Shown here piece by piece: positions 56,148 through 64,000 of a stretch of 64,000 nucleotides of DNA (its first letter is position 1; each line of letters begins with the position of its first letter). The DNA lies in assembly GCA_016932785.1 (NCBI GenBank), contig JAFGCJ010000002.1:273777-337776 (forward strand), written 5' to 3'. The notes below the pieces were generated by a model that did not search any database, was not told the origin of the DNA, and saw only the letters and a program-made list of their open reading frames with translations. The stretch comes from Candidatus Dojkabacteria bacterium (GTDB taxonomy: Bacteria > Patescibacteriota > Dojkabacteria > SC72 > JAFGCJ01). The position numbers and the translations under genes are program-made.

Positions 56148-57095
56148 CTACTCTTTCTCATACACCCTCCTCACACTATAAATCTTCTTCCCATTCAACT
56201 CGTAATAACTCCTTATTAACAACTCCCCCATCAACCCAAGAACAATAAACTGCGACCCAGTAACAAAAAACATCACCGAAACAATAAGCATGGGGTTTCC
56301 CGTCATATCAAAATCCTGAAAAATCTTCATACCAATCAAGGCTAATCCAGCAACAAAACTCAGCACATAGGAGACCAACGCAACAGGACCCAATATCTGA
56401 ATCGGCGTAGTCTTGTGCATCAACAGAAACTTAAGGTTTGCAATGTCCAGTATAACCTTGAACGTTCTCATGAGACCGTACTTACTTTTTCCTTTTTTTC
56501 TAGGTCTGTGGTTGACTTCCATCTCAGCAATACGGGCGCCATATTCACCGGCTATCTCAGCTATAAACCTGTGAAGTTCACCATATAATTTCAGCTCATT
56601 AGCTAATTCTTTTGTCATAACCTTGAGTGCACAACCTCTATCGTGTATCTTTGTTCCAAACATTCTTTTGATTATTAAATTGGCTATTCTTGATGGAAAT
56701 TTTCTAACAAGGGCTTTGTCTTTTCTATTTTTCCTCCATCCGACAACCATATCAAGATCGTCTTTTTTCAGCTTTTCTATCATAGCTGGGATATCTCTGG
56801 GATCGTTCTGCATATCAGAATCCATCGTAACAATAAGATCGCCCTTTGAGTAATCGAAACCTGCCATTAGCGAGGCTGTCTGCCCGCTGTTCCTTCTAAA
56901 ATCAACAATCTTATGATTAGAGTATTTCTTAACAATATTTTGAAGAACAAAAAGTGTATCGTCCGTTGATCCATCATTGATCCAGATGACCTCGCAGTCT
57001 AGACCTGTAGTACCCATAGCTTGGTTAATCTCCTTGGCAAGAGGTTTCACATTTTTCTCTTCATTATATGCGGGTAGAACTATTGATATATCCAT
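56148..57095 (-). CDS. GT2 polyprenyl-phosphate glycosyltransferase (DPM1/ArnC-like) with C-terminal TM helices
   Basis: ISIVLPAYNEEKNV.., WINDGSTDDT, MDSDMQNDP (DxD), plus two C-terminal TM segments. Confidence 0.85.
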   Translation of the reverse strand: MDISIVLPAYNEEKNVKPLAKEINQAMGTTGLDCEVIWINDGSTDDTLFVLQNIVKKYSNHKIVDFRRNSGQTASLMAGFDYSKGDLIVTMDSDMQNDPRDIPAMIEKLKKDDLDMVVGWRKNRKDKALVRKFPSRIANLIIKRMFGTKIHDRGCALKVMTKELANELKLYGELHRFIAEIAGEYGARIAEMEVNHRPRKKGKSKYGLMRTFKVILDIANLKFLLMHKTTPIQILGPVALVSYVLSFVAGLALIGMKIFQDFDMTGNPMLIVSVMFFVTGSQFIVLGLMGELLIRSYYELNGKKIYSVRRVYEKE

Positions 57096-57181
57096 TCCTG
57101 TATTATATCATGCTGGAATAGTATTTTTCAACCTATAGTATAAACAGAGGGCCGGGAAGCAAAACAAAATCTGTGACCAAA

Positions 57182-57562
57182 CTAGCAACAATAATACTTA
57201 TCTTTCACACCTTTCTTTCTATCACCAAAAGGATTTCCATACTTTCTAACATTTTTCATCATTTCATTATTAGATGGTGTATTATCGCCTTTCTTCGCAA
57301 GAATTCTTCTAGCCTTAAGGATAGCGTCATAGAGCTTAACACCGTTCGGGCAGGCTATTTCACAAGCTCTGCAGCCCGTACAGCAAAAAATCTGATCCTT
57401 GTCGATCTTTCCGTTCTTGAGCATAAATGCCCTTCCTCTAGCCGAATATCCTTCACGTCTCAAAGCTTTGAATACAGGACAAACACTCCTGCAAAATCCA
57501 CAATTTGAGCATTTTCTGAGTATCTCTTTAATTTCAAGCAATTCTTTTTCTTCTCTGCTCAT
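57182..57562 (-). CDS. 2x[4Fe-4S] ferredoxin-type protein (GlcF/HdrD N-terminal-like)
   Basis: CSNCGFCRSVCP and CTGCRACEIACP clusters, with SARGRAFML between them as in GlcF. Confidence 0.75.
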   Translation of the reverse strand: MSREEKELLEIKEILRKCSNCGFCRSVCPVFKALRREGYSARGRAFMLKNGKIDKDQIFCCTGCRACEIACPNGVKLYDAILKARRILAKKGDNTPSNNEMMKNVRKYGNPFGDRKKGVKDKYYCC

Positions 57563-57594
57563 TTACCTTTGAAAGCCTTCAAAACTTAGAAAAT

Positions 57595-58776
57595 TTAACC
57601 AATTGACCGGAAAACACCGTCAGGATCGTATTTTTTCTTTATTTTTATAAATTCTGCCCTTACATCTTCTGGCATATATTCCGATTTTGCTGTTCCATAA
57701 CCATGCTCTCCTGTAACATTTCCGCCTATTTTAACAACAAAATCCAACATTTCCCGCAGCAGATCTTCCTGGTCCGTCCTAAAACGTGGATGAAAGATTC
57801 CATATCCGATATGGCCAAAGACAGGAATTTTGTGCTTTCTAAACCAATTCAACAAATTTTCCTTTTGATCTATTTTCGTAACGTAGGGATCGTCAAGCAG
57901 CATAAATCCAGCAGCAGTAAGAACACTTCCCAACCCTACTCTACTCTTCCAAACTTTTCCTTTTTCAATGGCTTTTACACTACCTCGAGAGTAGTCAGAA
58001 TACTCAATTATCAGCCTATAATTGGAAGGAGAAATTTTTGAATATTCGCAACATATCGGGCACATAAACTCAAGCATAGCAACATTTTTGTCGTCCTGTA
58101 GTTCACTTATCTTTGAAATGAGCTCTACAATCGAATCAAATTCCAGAATATCATAAGATATGTCTTTATTTATCTTAATAGTATCAAGTATAAGTCTTGT
58201 TACAATACCAAAAGTTCCTTCTTTTCCCGAAAGCCTCTTGATTTCATCATCGTCATCTATTACTCGAGTTTTGCCTGTACCATCGACAAATTCTATTTCT
58301 CTTACCCAATCCGACATTCTTCCATATCTCATTCCCCTCATACCAATAGCGTTAGTAGAATACATACCACCAATTGTTGCAGCCATCAACGACGCTGGTG
58401 TAACAGGAAAAAAACGGTCAGACAAAGCAAGACAGTCATTAAGTTCAGAAAGAATAACACCTGAACCTACTTCCACAGATGATCCTGTTAATTTTATGAA
58501 ATCAAAAGCAGATAGATCTAAAACAATACCGGTTGTAGGGACACTGGCACCAGTCATAGAAGTTCCACCACCTCGAACAGTTAGCAAAATCTCGACTTCG
58601 TTTGCTAATTTCACAACCTCAGACACTTGGCGAAGTTCGGTCGGAATTATAACTGCATCGCATTGACCAGACACAACACTAAAATCAGTAGAACAAATAT
58701 CTAGATCTGAAGGACCTTCAAAAACAATCTGCGGATATCTATCTTTTACTTTTTCGAGAAATGAAGAATCATTCAT
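57595..58776 (-). CDS. FAD-linked oxidase (GlcD / D-lactate dehydrogenase-like)
   Basis: Start at Met22 (MNDSSFLEK), giving an ATGAATGA overlap with the upstream stop. VRGGGTSMTGASVP is the FAD_binding_4 motif. C-terminal GEHGYG. Confidence 0.8.
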   Translation of the reverse strand: MNDSSFLEKVKDRYPQIVFEGPSDLDICSTDFSVVSGQCDAVIIPTELRQVSEVVKLANEVEILLTVRGGGTSMTGASVPTTGIVLDLSAFDFIKLTGSSVEVGSGVILSELNDCLALSDRFFPVTPASLMAATIGGMYSTNAIGMRGMRYGRMSDWVREIEFVDGTGKTRVIDDDDEIKRLSGKEGTFGIVTRLILDTIKINKDISYDILEFDSIVELISKISELQDDKNVAMLEFMCPICCEYSKISPSNYRLIIEYSDYSRGSVKAIEKGKVWKSRVGLGSVLTAAGFMLLDDPYVTKIDQKENLLNWFRKHKIPVFGHIGYGIFHPRFRTDQEDLLREMLDFVVKIGGNVTGEHGYGTAKSEYMPEDVRAEFIKIKKKYDPDGVFRSIG

Positions 58777-59566
58777 CAGTACTAAATATTGAAGAAATAT
58801 CCTTAATATTAATATTGTGATAAGGAATTGATCGTTCATTAGAATTACGAAGCCTTAACAGACACATTGGGCATGACGTATAAATAAGTTGCGCCTTTAT
58901 AGATAATGCCTCCTTAATCCTGTTCCCACAGATATCGTTGGATATTTGAGTATTATTAGTACCCATTCCAGCACCACCTCCACAGCAGGAAGCCTTTTCC
59001 TTGTTTTTTTGCATTTCTACAAAGTCACCTCCACGCGCCTTAAGCGATTCATTAATAATAAATCTCGGTTCATCATAAATACCCGAATATCTTCCAAGGT
59101 GACAAGGATCATGATACGTAATAAGAACATCCTCCTTCGCTACTTGAAGTAGATGACCCTCTGTCAGCTTTGACTTTTTTTCAAGTTCATTAGCAATCAC
59201 AACTGACGAGTGTTCAACATTAATATTCCAATTCCCCTCCAAGATCTCTTTGTAATCATTACTCAGTACTCTATAGCAAGCTGGACAATTTGTAATTATT
59301 TTACCAACCCCATACTCATGAAAAATTTCGGCATTCTTTTTTACCAAAGTAACGAAATCATCGAATTCACCAGAATTATTTACCGGCGAACCACAACAAT
59401 TTTCTACACCTTCTAGCTCAATAAATTCAATCCCTAATAATCTGAATATGCTCCGATATTTCTCCAGAAGATCTGTTAATACAAACCGTGTTAAACAACC
59501 CGGATAATATAAGGTATTTCCAGTAGAAAATTTTTCAAATAGTTTTCCGAAAAAACTCATAGACAA
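58769..59566 (-). CDS. CCG-domain (Fe-S)-binding protein (GlcF/HdrD C-terminal-like, LutA-like)
   Basis: Two Cys-rich CCG domains: YYPGC..NCCGSP..NCPACY and YHDPCHL..SCCGGG..SCPMC. Confidence 0.75.
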   Translation of the reverse strand: MSMSFFGKLFEKFSTGNTLYYPGCLTRFVLTDLLEKYRSIFRLLGIEFIELEGVENCCGSPVNNSGEFDDFVTLVKKNAEIFHEYGVGKIITNCPACYRVLSNDYKEILEGNWNINVEHSSVVIANELEKKSKLTEGHLLQVAKEDVLITYHDPCHLGRYSGIYDEPRFIINESLKARGGDFVEMQKNKEKASCCGGGAGMGTNNTQISNDICGNRIKEALSIKAQLIYTSCPMCLLRLRNSNERSIPYHNINIKDISSIFSTDE

Positions 59567-59645
59567 AAGAATATTACCAGAAGCCGACTCTCTTGTTTAG
59601 GTATAGGCTTAAGACTGTTTATACTATTTTATTAGTACCAAGAAA

Positions 59646-59689
59646 TTGACATTTACATTCCTCTAGGTTATACTGAGTGAGCACTCAGT
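59646..59689 (+). promoter_or_regulatory. promoter (TTGACA-N17-TATACT) overlapped by an 18-bp palindromic operator candidate
   Basis: TTGACA at 59646-59651, TATACT at 59669-59674. The palindrome ACTGAGTG-AG-CACTCAGT at 59672-59689 covers the GTG start (59677) of the TetR gene. Confidence 0.6.
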
Positions 59690-60291
59690 TATTTATTAAA
59701 GATAGCATAAGAAATCGAAGAAGAAACAAGGAAAAAACAAGAAAAGAAATCACTAGGGCTGCTATCAAGATCTTTACAAAACAGGGCTTCGTTAAAACGT
59801 CAACGCTGGAGATAGCCAAGGAAGCAAAGGTCGCGCATGGTACAGTCTTTTTCCACTTCCCTACAAGAGCCGAGCTTATGATCGAAAGTATCTACAGGAC
59901 AATGGATAAACTGGCCTACGAGCTAGACCTACTCTCACGGAAAACAACTGATCTTCGAAAATTGTGCAGGCTTTTTCTAAGAGAAATTTCCATTAAAGAG
60001 ACCTTTTATTCCCGACTAGTTCGCGATTTGCCTCAACTTCCTTTAGACATTCAGCGACTAGTCTTTGCATCCCTCAGTGGTTTTTCTACACACTTTGTTG
60101 AAGTAATAGAAAGAGGCCAAAAGAAAGGTAACTTCAGAAATATTACACCTAAAACTGCAGTCTTCTATTGGTTTGGAATGGTGAACTATCTTTATTCCTA
60201 TCCAGAGCTACTAGGCACGAAGAAAATAACCAAGAACGAGGAGACAGAATTAATTGATTTCTTTATTAAAGCACTGAAAAATCGAGGCTGA
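59677..60291 (+). CDS. TetR/AcrR family transcriptional regulator
   Basis: The N-terminal HTH is RKEITRAAIKIFTKQGFVKTSTLEIAKEAKVAHGTVFFHFPTRAEL. It is divergent from the FAD-oxidase operon. GTG start with essentially no leader. Confidence 0.8.
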   Translation: MSTQLFIKDSIRNRRRNKEKTRKEITRAAIKIFTKQGFVKTSTLEIAKEAKVAHGTVFFHFPTRAELMIESIYRTMDKLAYELDLLSRKTTDLRKLCRLFLREISIKETFYSRLVRDLPQLPLDIQRLVFASLSGFSTHFVEVIERGQKKGNFRNITPKTAVFYWFGMVNYLYSYPELLGTKKITKNEETELIDFFIKALKNRG

Positions 60292-60334
60292 TTTATGCCC
60301 CCACTGCCTAAAATAATTTATTAAATTTATATAA

Positions 60335-60619
60335 ATGGCTGACAAATCAAACGGGCCAAAACCCAGCAAAGTCTGCATTGTATGCACTATGCCTATGGTA
60401 AAGCCGGAAGATTATCCAGGAGGAAACACGGCTCTGGATTATTGCGTACATTGCGGAACAGAGAATGGAATATACCCCTACAGGAAACTAGTAAAGGGAT
60501 TTGCAGAGTTTATGCAAAAAACTCAAGGAATGGACCCAGATCAGGCAATGAAGGCGTCAAAAGAATTCATCGACAACTGCGAAGCGGTAAAGCAGGGCCG
60601 CGTCAAAGTTGAGAAGTAG
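60335..60619 (+). CDS. putative zinc-ribbon domain protein
   Basis: 94 aa. CIVC..(19)..CVHC zinc ribbon followed by a helical tail (KGFAEFMQKTQGMDPDQAMK). This is the Zn_ribbon_2-like layout. Confidence 0.55.
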   Translation: MADKSNGPKPSKVCIVCTMPMVKPEDYPGGNTALDYCVHCGTENGIYPYRKLVKGFAEFMQKTQGMDPDQAMKASKEFIDNCEAVKQGRVKVEK

Positions 60620-60641
60620 CAATTGTGCAAGAAGCTGCCCA

Positions 60642-60677
60642 GAGGGAGGAGTGTTTTATACACTCCTCTCTTCTTTT
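60642..60677 (+). terminator. rho-independent terminator
   Basis: GAGGGAGGAGTG-TTTTATA-CACTCCTCTCTTC followed by TTTT. Confidence 0.7.
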
Positions 60678-60694
60678 AATAAAATGCAACAGTT

Positions 60695-60735
60695 AACGGA
60701 GGGCTTGCTTAACGCAAGCTCCCCCGTTTTGTTTT
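60695..60735. terminator. second hairpin between convergent genes (possibly bidirectional)
   Basis: AACGGAGGGCTTGC-TTAAC-GCAAGCTCCCCCGTT followed by TTGTTTT on the plus strand. It lies about 30 nt beyond the stop of the minus-strand RRM gene. Confidence 0.55.
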
Positions 60736-60761
60736 CTTATGCTAATACAAAAGGAAAAGTG

Positions 60762-61019
60762 TTACTTATTCTCTGATGGTCTCGCAAAGTCAACTTTCAA
60801 CTGTCTTCCATCCAGCTCCTTACCGTTCAGGGTGTCAATAGCAGCCTGAGCTTCAGCTTCACTGGACATTGTGACAAAGGCAAAGCCTCTTGATCTTCCA
60901 GAGATCTTGTCACGAATTATGCTACATTCCTCAACAGTACCAGCCTGGCTGAAGAACTCGCTTAGGGCCTCTTCGGTCGTGTCCCAACTGAGGTTGCCTA
61001 CAAAAACCTTATTGTTCAT
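60762..61019 (-). CDS. RNA-binding protein (single RRM domain)
   Basis: 85 aa. RNP-2 is KVFVGNL and RNP-1 is RGFAFVTM. Confidence 0.9.
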   Translation of the reverse strand: MNNKVFVGNLSWDTTEEALSEFFSQAGTVEECSIIRDKISGRSRGFAFVTMSSEAEAQAAIDTLNGKELDGRQLKVDFARPSENK

Positions 61020-61213
61020 TAAAGATAATGAATAAAAAATAAAAACTAACTACTGAAAAAAGAATAAATCTTTCTGAGCCGTAAACTTGTTCATGTAGCT
61101 CAATTTCTGTAGCCGAGATATTATATCAAAAACATAGAGAAAAGTTTATATCGATGATAGTATGAATTTATTATGATAAAATAGGATTAAATAATTTGTA
61201 ATTAATCAAACTT

Positions 61214-61966
61214 ATGAAGAAGCTCCGGACCTATAACCTAATAATGGGCTTTTTTCATCTAATTCAGGCTGGTCTGATGATTGCCCTCAGTAACGATTTC
61301 GCTCTTCCAGTGACAACACGTTATCTTAGATTTAATATACAAACTCAATCATTGCAACCCAAGTCTGAAGAGATAGCTACTCTCAAAATAGGCCCTCTGG
61401 TAGCACTTTTCTTACTTATGTCCGCGATGGCCCACTTTCTATTAACAATTCCGAGAATTTACAACTGGTACACCAAGAATCTAAAAAAGGGGATAAACTA
61501 CGCCAGATGGTACGAGTATTCCCTCAGTTCCTCGGTAATGATTGTTGTAATAGCAATGCTTACTGGAGTTTATGACTTGAGTAGTCTCATTCTAATGTTT
61601 TCAATAAATGCGATGATGATATTCTGCGGACTAATGATGGAAAGGCACAATCAAAACACCAAGAAAACGGACTGGGTGCCGTATGTGTTCGGTTGCTTCG
61701 CAGGAGCTGTACCTTGGGTTGTTATTGCCCTTTATCTATTCGGTTCAGCCGACGGAGAGAATCGAGCACCAGATTTCGTTTACTATATATTCTTCTCGAT
61801 TTTCCTGTTCTTCAACTCTTTTGCTGTAAATATGTTTTTGCAGTACAAGAAGGTTGGAAAATGGAAGGACTACTTATTCGGAGAAAAGGTATACATTTTG
61901 CTCAGTCTGCTTGCCAAATCACTACTAGCCTGGCAGGTATTCGGAGGAACTTTGAGACCGGAATAA
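61214..61966 (+). CDS. heliorhodopsin
   Basis: 250 aa with 7 TM. There are long collinear matches to heliorhodopsin 48C12 as I recall it: FHLIQ..LSNDFALP, RWYEYSLSSSVMIV (Glu101 is the counterion position), FGCFAGAVPW, FLFFNSFA, and LQYKKVGKWKDYLFGEKVYILLSLLAKSLLAWQVFGGTL. Lys235, codon 61916-61918, is at the Schiff-base position. Confidence 0.88.
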   Translation: MKKLRTYNLIMGFFHLIQAGLMIALSNDFALPVTTRYLRFNIQTQSLQPKSEEIATLKIGPLVALFLLMSAMAHFLLTIPRIYNWYTKNLKKGINYARWYEYSLSSSVMIVVIAMLTGVYDLSSLILMFSINAMMIFCGLMMERHNQNTKKTDWVPYVFGCFAGAVPWVVIALYLFGSADGENRAPDFVYYIFFSIFLFFNSFAVNMFLQYKKVGKWKDYLFGEKVYILLSLLAKSLLAWQVFGGTLRPE

Positions 61967-62024
61967 AAAAAATTACGTTAAAAAACCAGCTTTACTTCAT
62001 GTAAATGAGTGATAAAATCGTCCT

Positions 62025-62546
62025 ATGTCCTCAGAGGTTCGGATTGATAACACTCCAGAAAGAGACAAAGCCCTTAATGTAAGTGTTGTATTGGTTACCG
62101 GTTTCACCCCTATAGATGGAATATGCTTCCTGCTTGCAGAAAGAACGGAAACAGGACAAATGACTTTTCCGGGAGGTACTATGGAACCAGAAGAAATTTC
62201 TACAGTAGAAACAGCCACAAGAGAGCTTAGAGAAGAGACAGGTCTTGAGATGCCTATTTCAATACAAAACGAACTTGCTCCACCTATCCCATTACGAAGA
62301 ATTATGGACGACGGTGCAATAATAGACTTTCATATATTTGTCGTGCCTCTGGTACATATGTGTACTGCAGTGACTAACGGACTAGACGAAGAAATCGGGA
62401 AATGGAAATTCTATTCTGAAAGCCAAATCTACAGTGGAAACGATAAATTCCGAGATGTGCGGTGGATTTTAGACCATATTAGAATAAAAGCCCCTGCCTA
62501 TTTTCTTGTAGAATGCGCCTTAATGCAGCCCCGCCCGTTTAGGTGA
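62025..62546 (+). CDS. NUDIX hydrolase
   Basis: Nudix box GGTMEPEEISTVETATRELREETGL (G-x5-E-x7-REUxEExGU). Confidence 0.85.
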   Translation: MSSEVRIDNTPERDKALNVSVVLVTGFTPIDGICFLLAERTETGQMTFPGGTMEPEEISTVETATRELREETGLEMPISIQNELAPPIPLRRIMDDGAIIDFHIFVVPLVHMCTAVTNGLDEEIGKWKFYSESQIYSGNDKFRDVRWILDHIRIKAPAYFLVECALMQPRPFR

Positions 62547-62550
62547 AGGC

Positions 62551-63162
62551 CTACTCCTGCCAGATCCTATCAGCATTTAATCTAGGCTCCCAGTCACCTT
62601 CATCATCTTTTTCAACAATAAGTTTACCCTTTATCGTGACCGGTTTAGATATATCGACATAATTACCATCCTGATCCTGGACCTTAAGATCGCTCAACTG
62701 ATACATGGACGGAAGTTGATCCATCGAGTTTCTGCCATCATTTAGATCAATCACAAGGCGAATGTAAGTACTCTTTCTATCGGTATCATCTTTGTCATAT
62801 AACCTAATTGTGCAGGTACTCATACAATATACTGAAGTTGGAATACCAAGCAGTCCCTCAACCTCAACAATTTCTGTAGAATTAGATTCGTCAAATGCCT
62901 CATCAAAGGTAATATTAACAACCTCGTCCTCTTTTTCCTCATCGTCTGAGGTATCTTCGTCAGTCTTGGGAAGAAAAGACATTATTGTCGCACAACCTCC
63001 ACAGATCCAAAGAGGACTCGATACAACAATGAGTACCACTACAACGATTATAATTGTCCTTATAGTTTTTCCCTTCTCTTTCGCCTTAACAACTTCTTTG
63101 TCTTCTACATTTACCTTGGTAGTCTTATCCTTACTCTTATCAGAGGTTTTAGCCTTTGACAT
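62551..63162 (-). CDS. membrane-anchored hypothetical protein
   Basis: 203 aa. Lys-rich N-terminus, TM IIIVVVVLIVVSSPLWICGGCATIM, an acidic linker and a C-terminal domain of unknown family. Confidence 0.55.
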   Translation of the reverse strand: MSKAKTSDKSKDKTTKVNVEDKEVVKAKEKGKTIRTIIIVVVVLIVVSSPLWICGGCATIMSFLPKTDEDTSDDEEKEDEVVNITFDEAFDESNSTEIVEVEGLLGIPTSVYCMSTCTIRLYDKDDTDRKSTYIRLVIDLNDGRNSMDQLPSMYQLSDLKVQDQDGNYVDISKPVTIKGKLIVEKDDEGDWEPRLNADRIWQE

Positions 63163-63391
63163 AATTTTGTACTGAAATTTTAATTGTTGGGGCTTGGCAG
63201 TATTATAATAAAAATTTCAATCAAGATCTATATCAAAAGGTATACTTTATACCACAACACAGACAAAAGAGATACAGAGCCAACTAGTCACGCCTCAAGG
63301 CTTCAACAGGATCCAATCTTGCAATGCCTTCCCCTAAAGACTACCATTATAAGGTAGCAACTAATTGAAGATTAATTTCATTCATCAATAC

Positions 63392-63817
63392 ATGTCAAAA
63401 GATAAAACAAAAACCTGGACATGTCCAAAATGCGGACGGATCTTCCAGAAAAAGAATCAGCCTCATAGTTGCAGAAATATACCATTAAGCGATCACTTCA
63501 AAAACAAAGACCTCGCGAAGAAAATTTACAAAAAACTCTACGAAGAAACAAAAAAGAAGGTAGGACCATGCAAAGAAATATCACTCCCTTGCTGCATTCA
63601 CTGGTTTGGAACATATGATTTCATTGCGCTATTACCAAAGAAAGACAGGCTAGAGGTCAGGTTGGCTTTAGACGTTAAACTCAAGAAAAAAAGGATATTT
63701 GCAACGGTGCCACTATCAAAGACATTATCCAAGAATTGCTTAAACTTATATTCCGAAAATGAAATAGACGATGAACTACTTGACTGGATTAAGAAATCTT
63801 ACGAATTCAAGTCCTAA
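63392..63817 (+). CDS. hypothetical protein with N-terminal zinc-ribbon-like CPKC..H..C motif
   Basis: ATG at 63392 (MSKDKTKTWTCPKCGRIFQKKNQPHSC) is preferred over the TTG at 63365. It may be DUF5655-like, but that is not verified. Confidence 0.5.
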   Translation: MSKDKTKTWTCPKCGRIFQKKNQPHSCRNIPLSDHFKNKDLAKKIYKKLYEETKKKVGPCKEISLPCCIHWFGTYDFIALLPKKDRLEVRLALDVKLKKKRIFATVPLSKTLSKNCLNLYSENEIDDELLDWIKKSYEFKS

Positions 63818-63824
63818 ATACCGC

Positions 63825-64000
63825 TCATGAACTCATTATCCTCATGATTTCTCCGATGTATTTCGCATCCTCCGGCTCGCTACCCGTATACTCAGTAACA
63901 CTCCCCCCTACTACTTCTCTCTTCTCAGTAACTCCCCGCAGGACATCAACGAGAGTATTTCTCGTCAGTCCGCCTGGAGCCAGACACTTCACATGTCTGA
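63825..64000 (-). CDS. partial CDS: C-terminal 58 codons (start beyond window); possibly a methyltransferase
   Basis: Hand translation of the minus strand gives ..HVKCLAPGGLTRNTLVDVLRGVTEKREVVGGSVTEYTGSEPEDAKYIGEIMRIMSS* with the stop at 63827-63825. The L.PGG string is only weakly suggestive of a methyltransferase. Confidence 0.4.
   Translation of the reverse strand, partial: RHVKCLAPGGLTRNTLVDVLRGVTEKREVVGGSVTEYTGSEPEDAKYIGEIMRIMSS

Noticed and set aside
1-64000. CRISPR arrays, rRNA operons, prophage or integrase genes, toxin-antitoxin pairs, diversity-generating retroelements.
   Set aside because: Reading both strands, I saw no regularly spaced direct repeats, no rRNA-like conserved strings, and no integrase, reverse-transcriptase or Cas motifs in any long ORF. 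Absence is by eye only.

Overview
This is an AT-rich bacterial chromosome fragment. Spot counts on single 60-nt lines give 24/60 G+C in an ordinary gene (52381-52440). I call about 60 protein genes, one tRNA and three T-box leaders. I found no rRNA, CRISPR array, integrase or prophage.

The gene content suggests a reduced monoderm or CPR/Patescibacteria-like genome; this lineage assignment is inference only. The content includes many ORFan membrane-anchored or giant secreted proteins, an archaeal-type TyrRS, an RRM protein, an ArnT/PMT-like plus GT2/GT4 glycosylation cluster, a MacB-type ABC pair and rubrerythrin.

The main signals are:
1. **Aminoacyl-tRNA synthetase island (33.7-41.9 kb).** TrpRS and an archaeal-type TyrRS each carry an N-terminal YbaK/ProX-like editing-type domain. 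ProRS carries two tandem INS modules. Each synthetase has its own canonical T-box leader whose specifier codon and UGGN bulge fit the cognate tRNA. A tRNA-Tyr gene sits between the Tyr T-box and tyrS.
2. **Heliorhodopsin (61214-61966).** The Schiff-base Lys and counterion Glu are conserved, and no retinal-synthesis genes are visible in the window.
3. **RAYT transposase.** A REP-associated tyrosine transposase is flanked by palindromic REPs that show a compensatory arm substitution. Further REP copies lie next to tRNA-Tyr.
4. **G+C-rich ORFan islands.** Two of them, each about 1 kb, are bracketed by related inverted repeats (AACCGAA...).
5. **Interrupted S51 peptidase.** The gene is broken by a single in-frame TGA.

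All calls come from reading the sequence and recalling family motifs; no searches were run. Coordinates of RNA elements are approximate, within a few nt.
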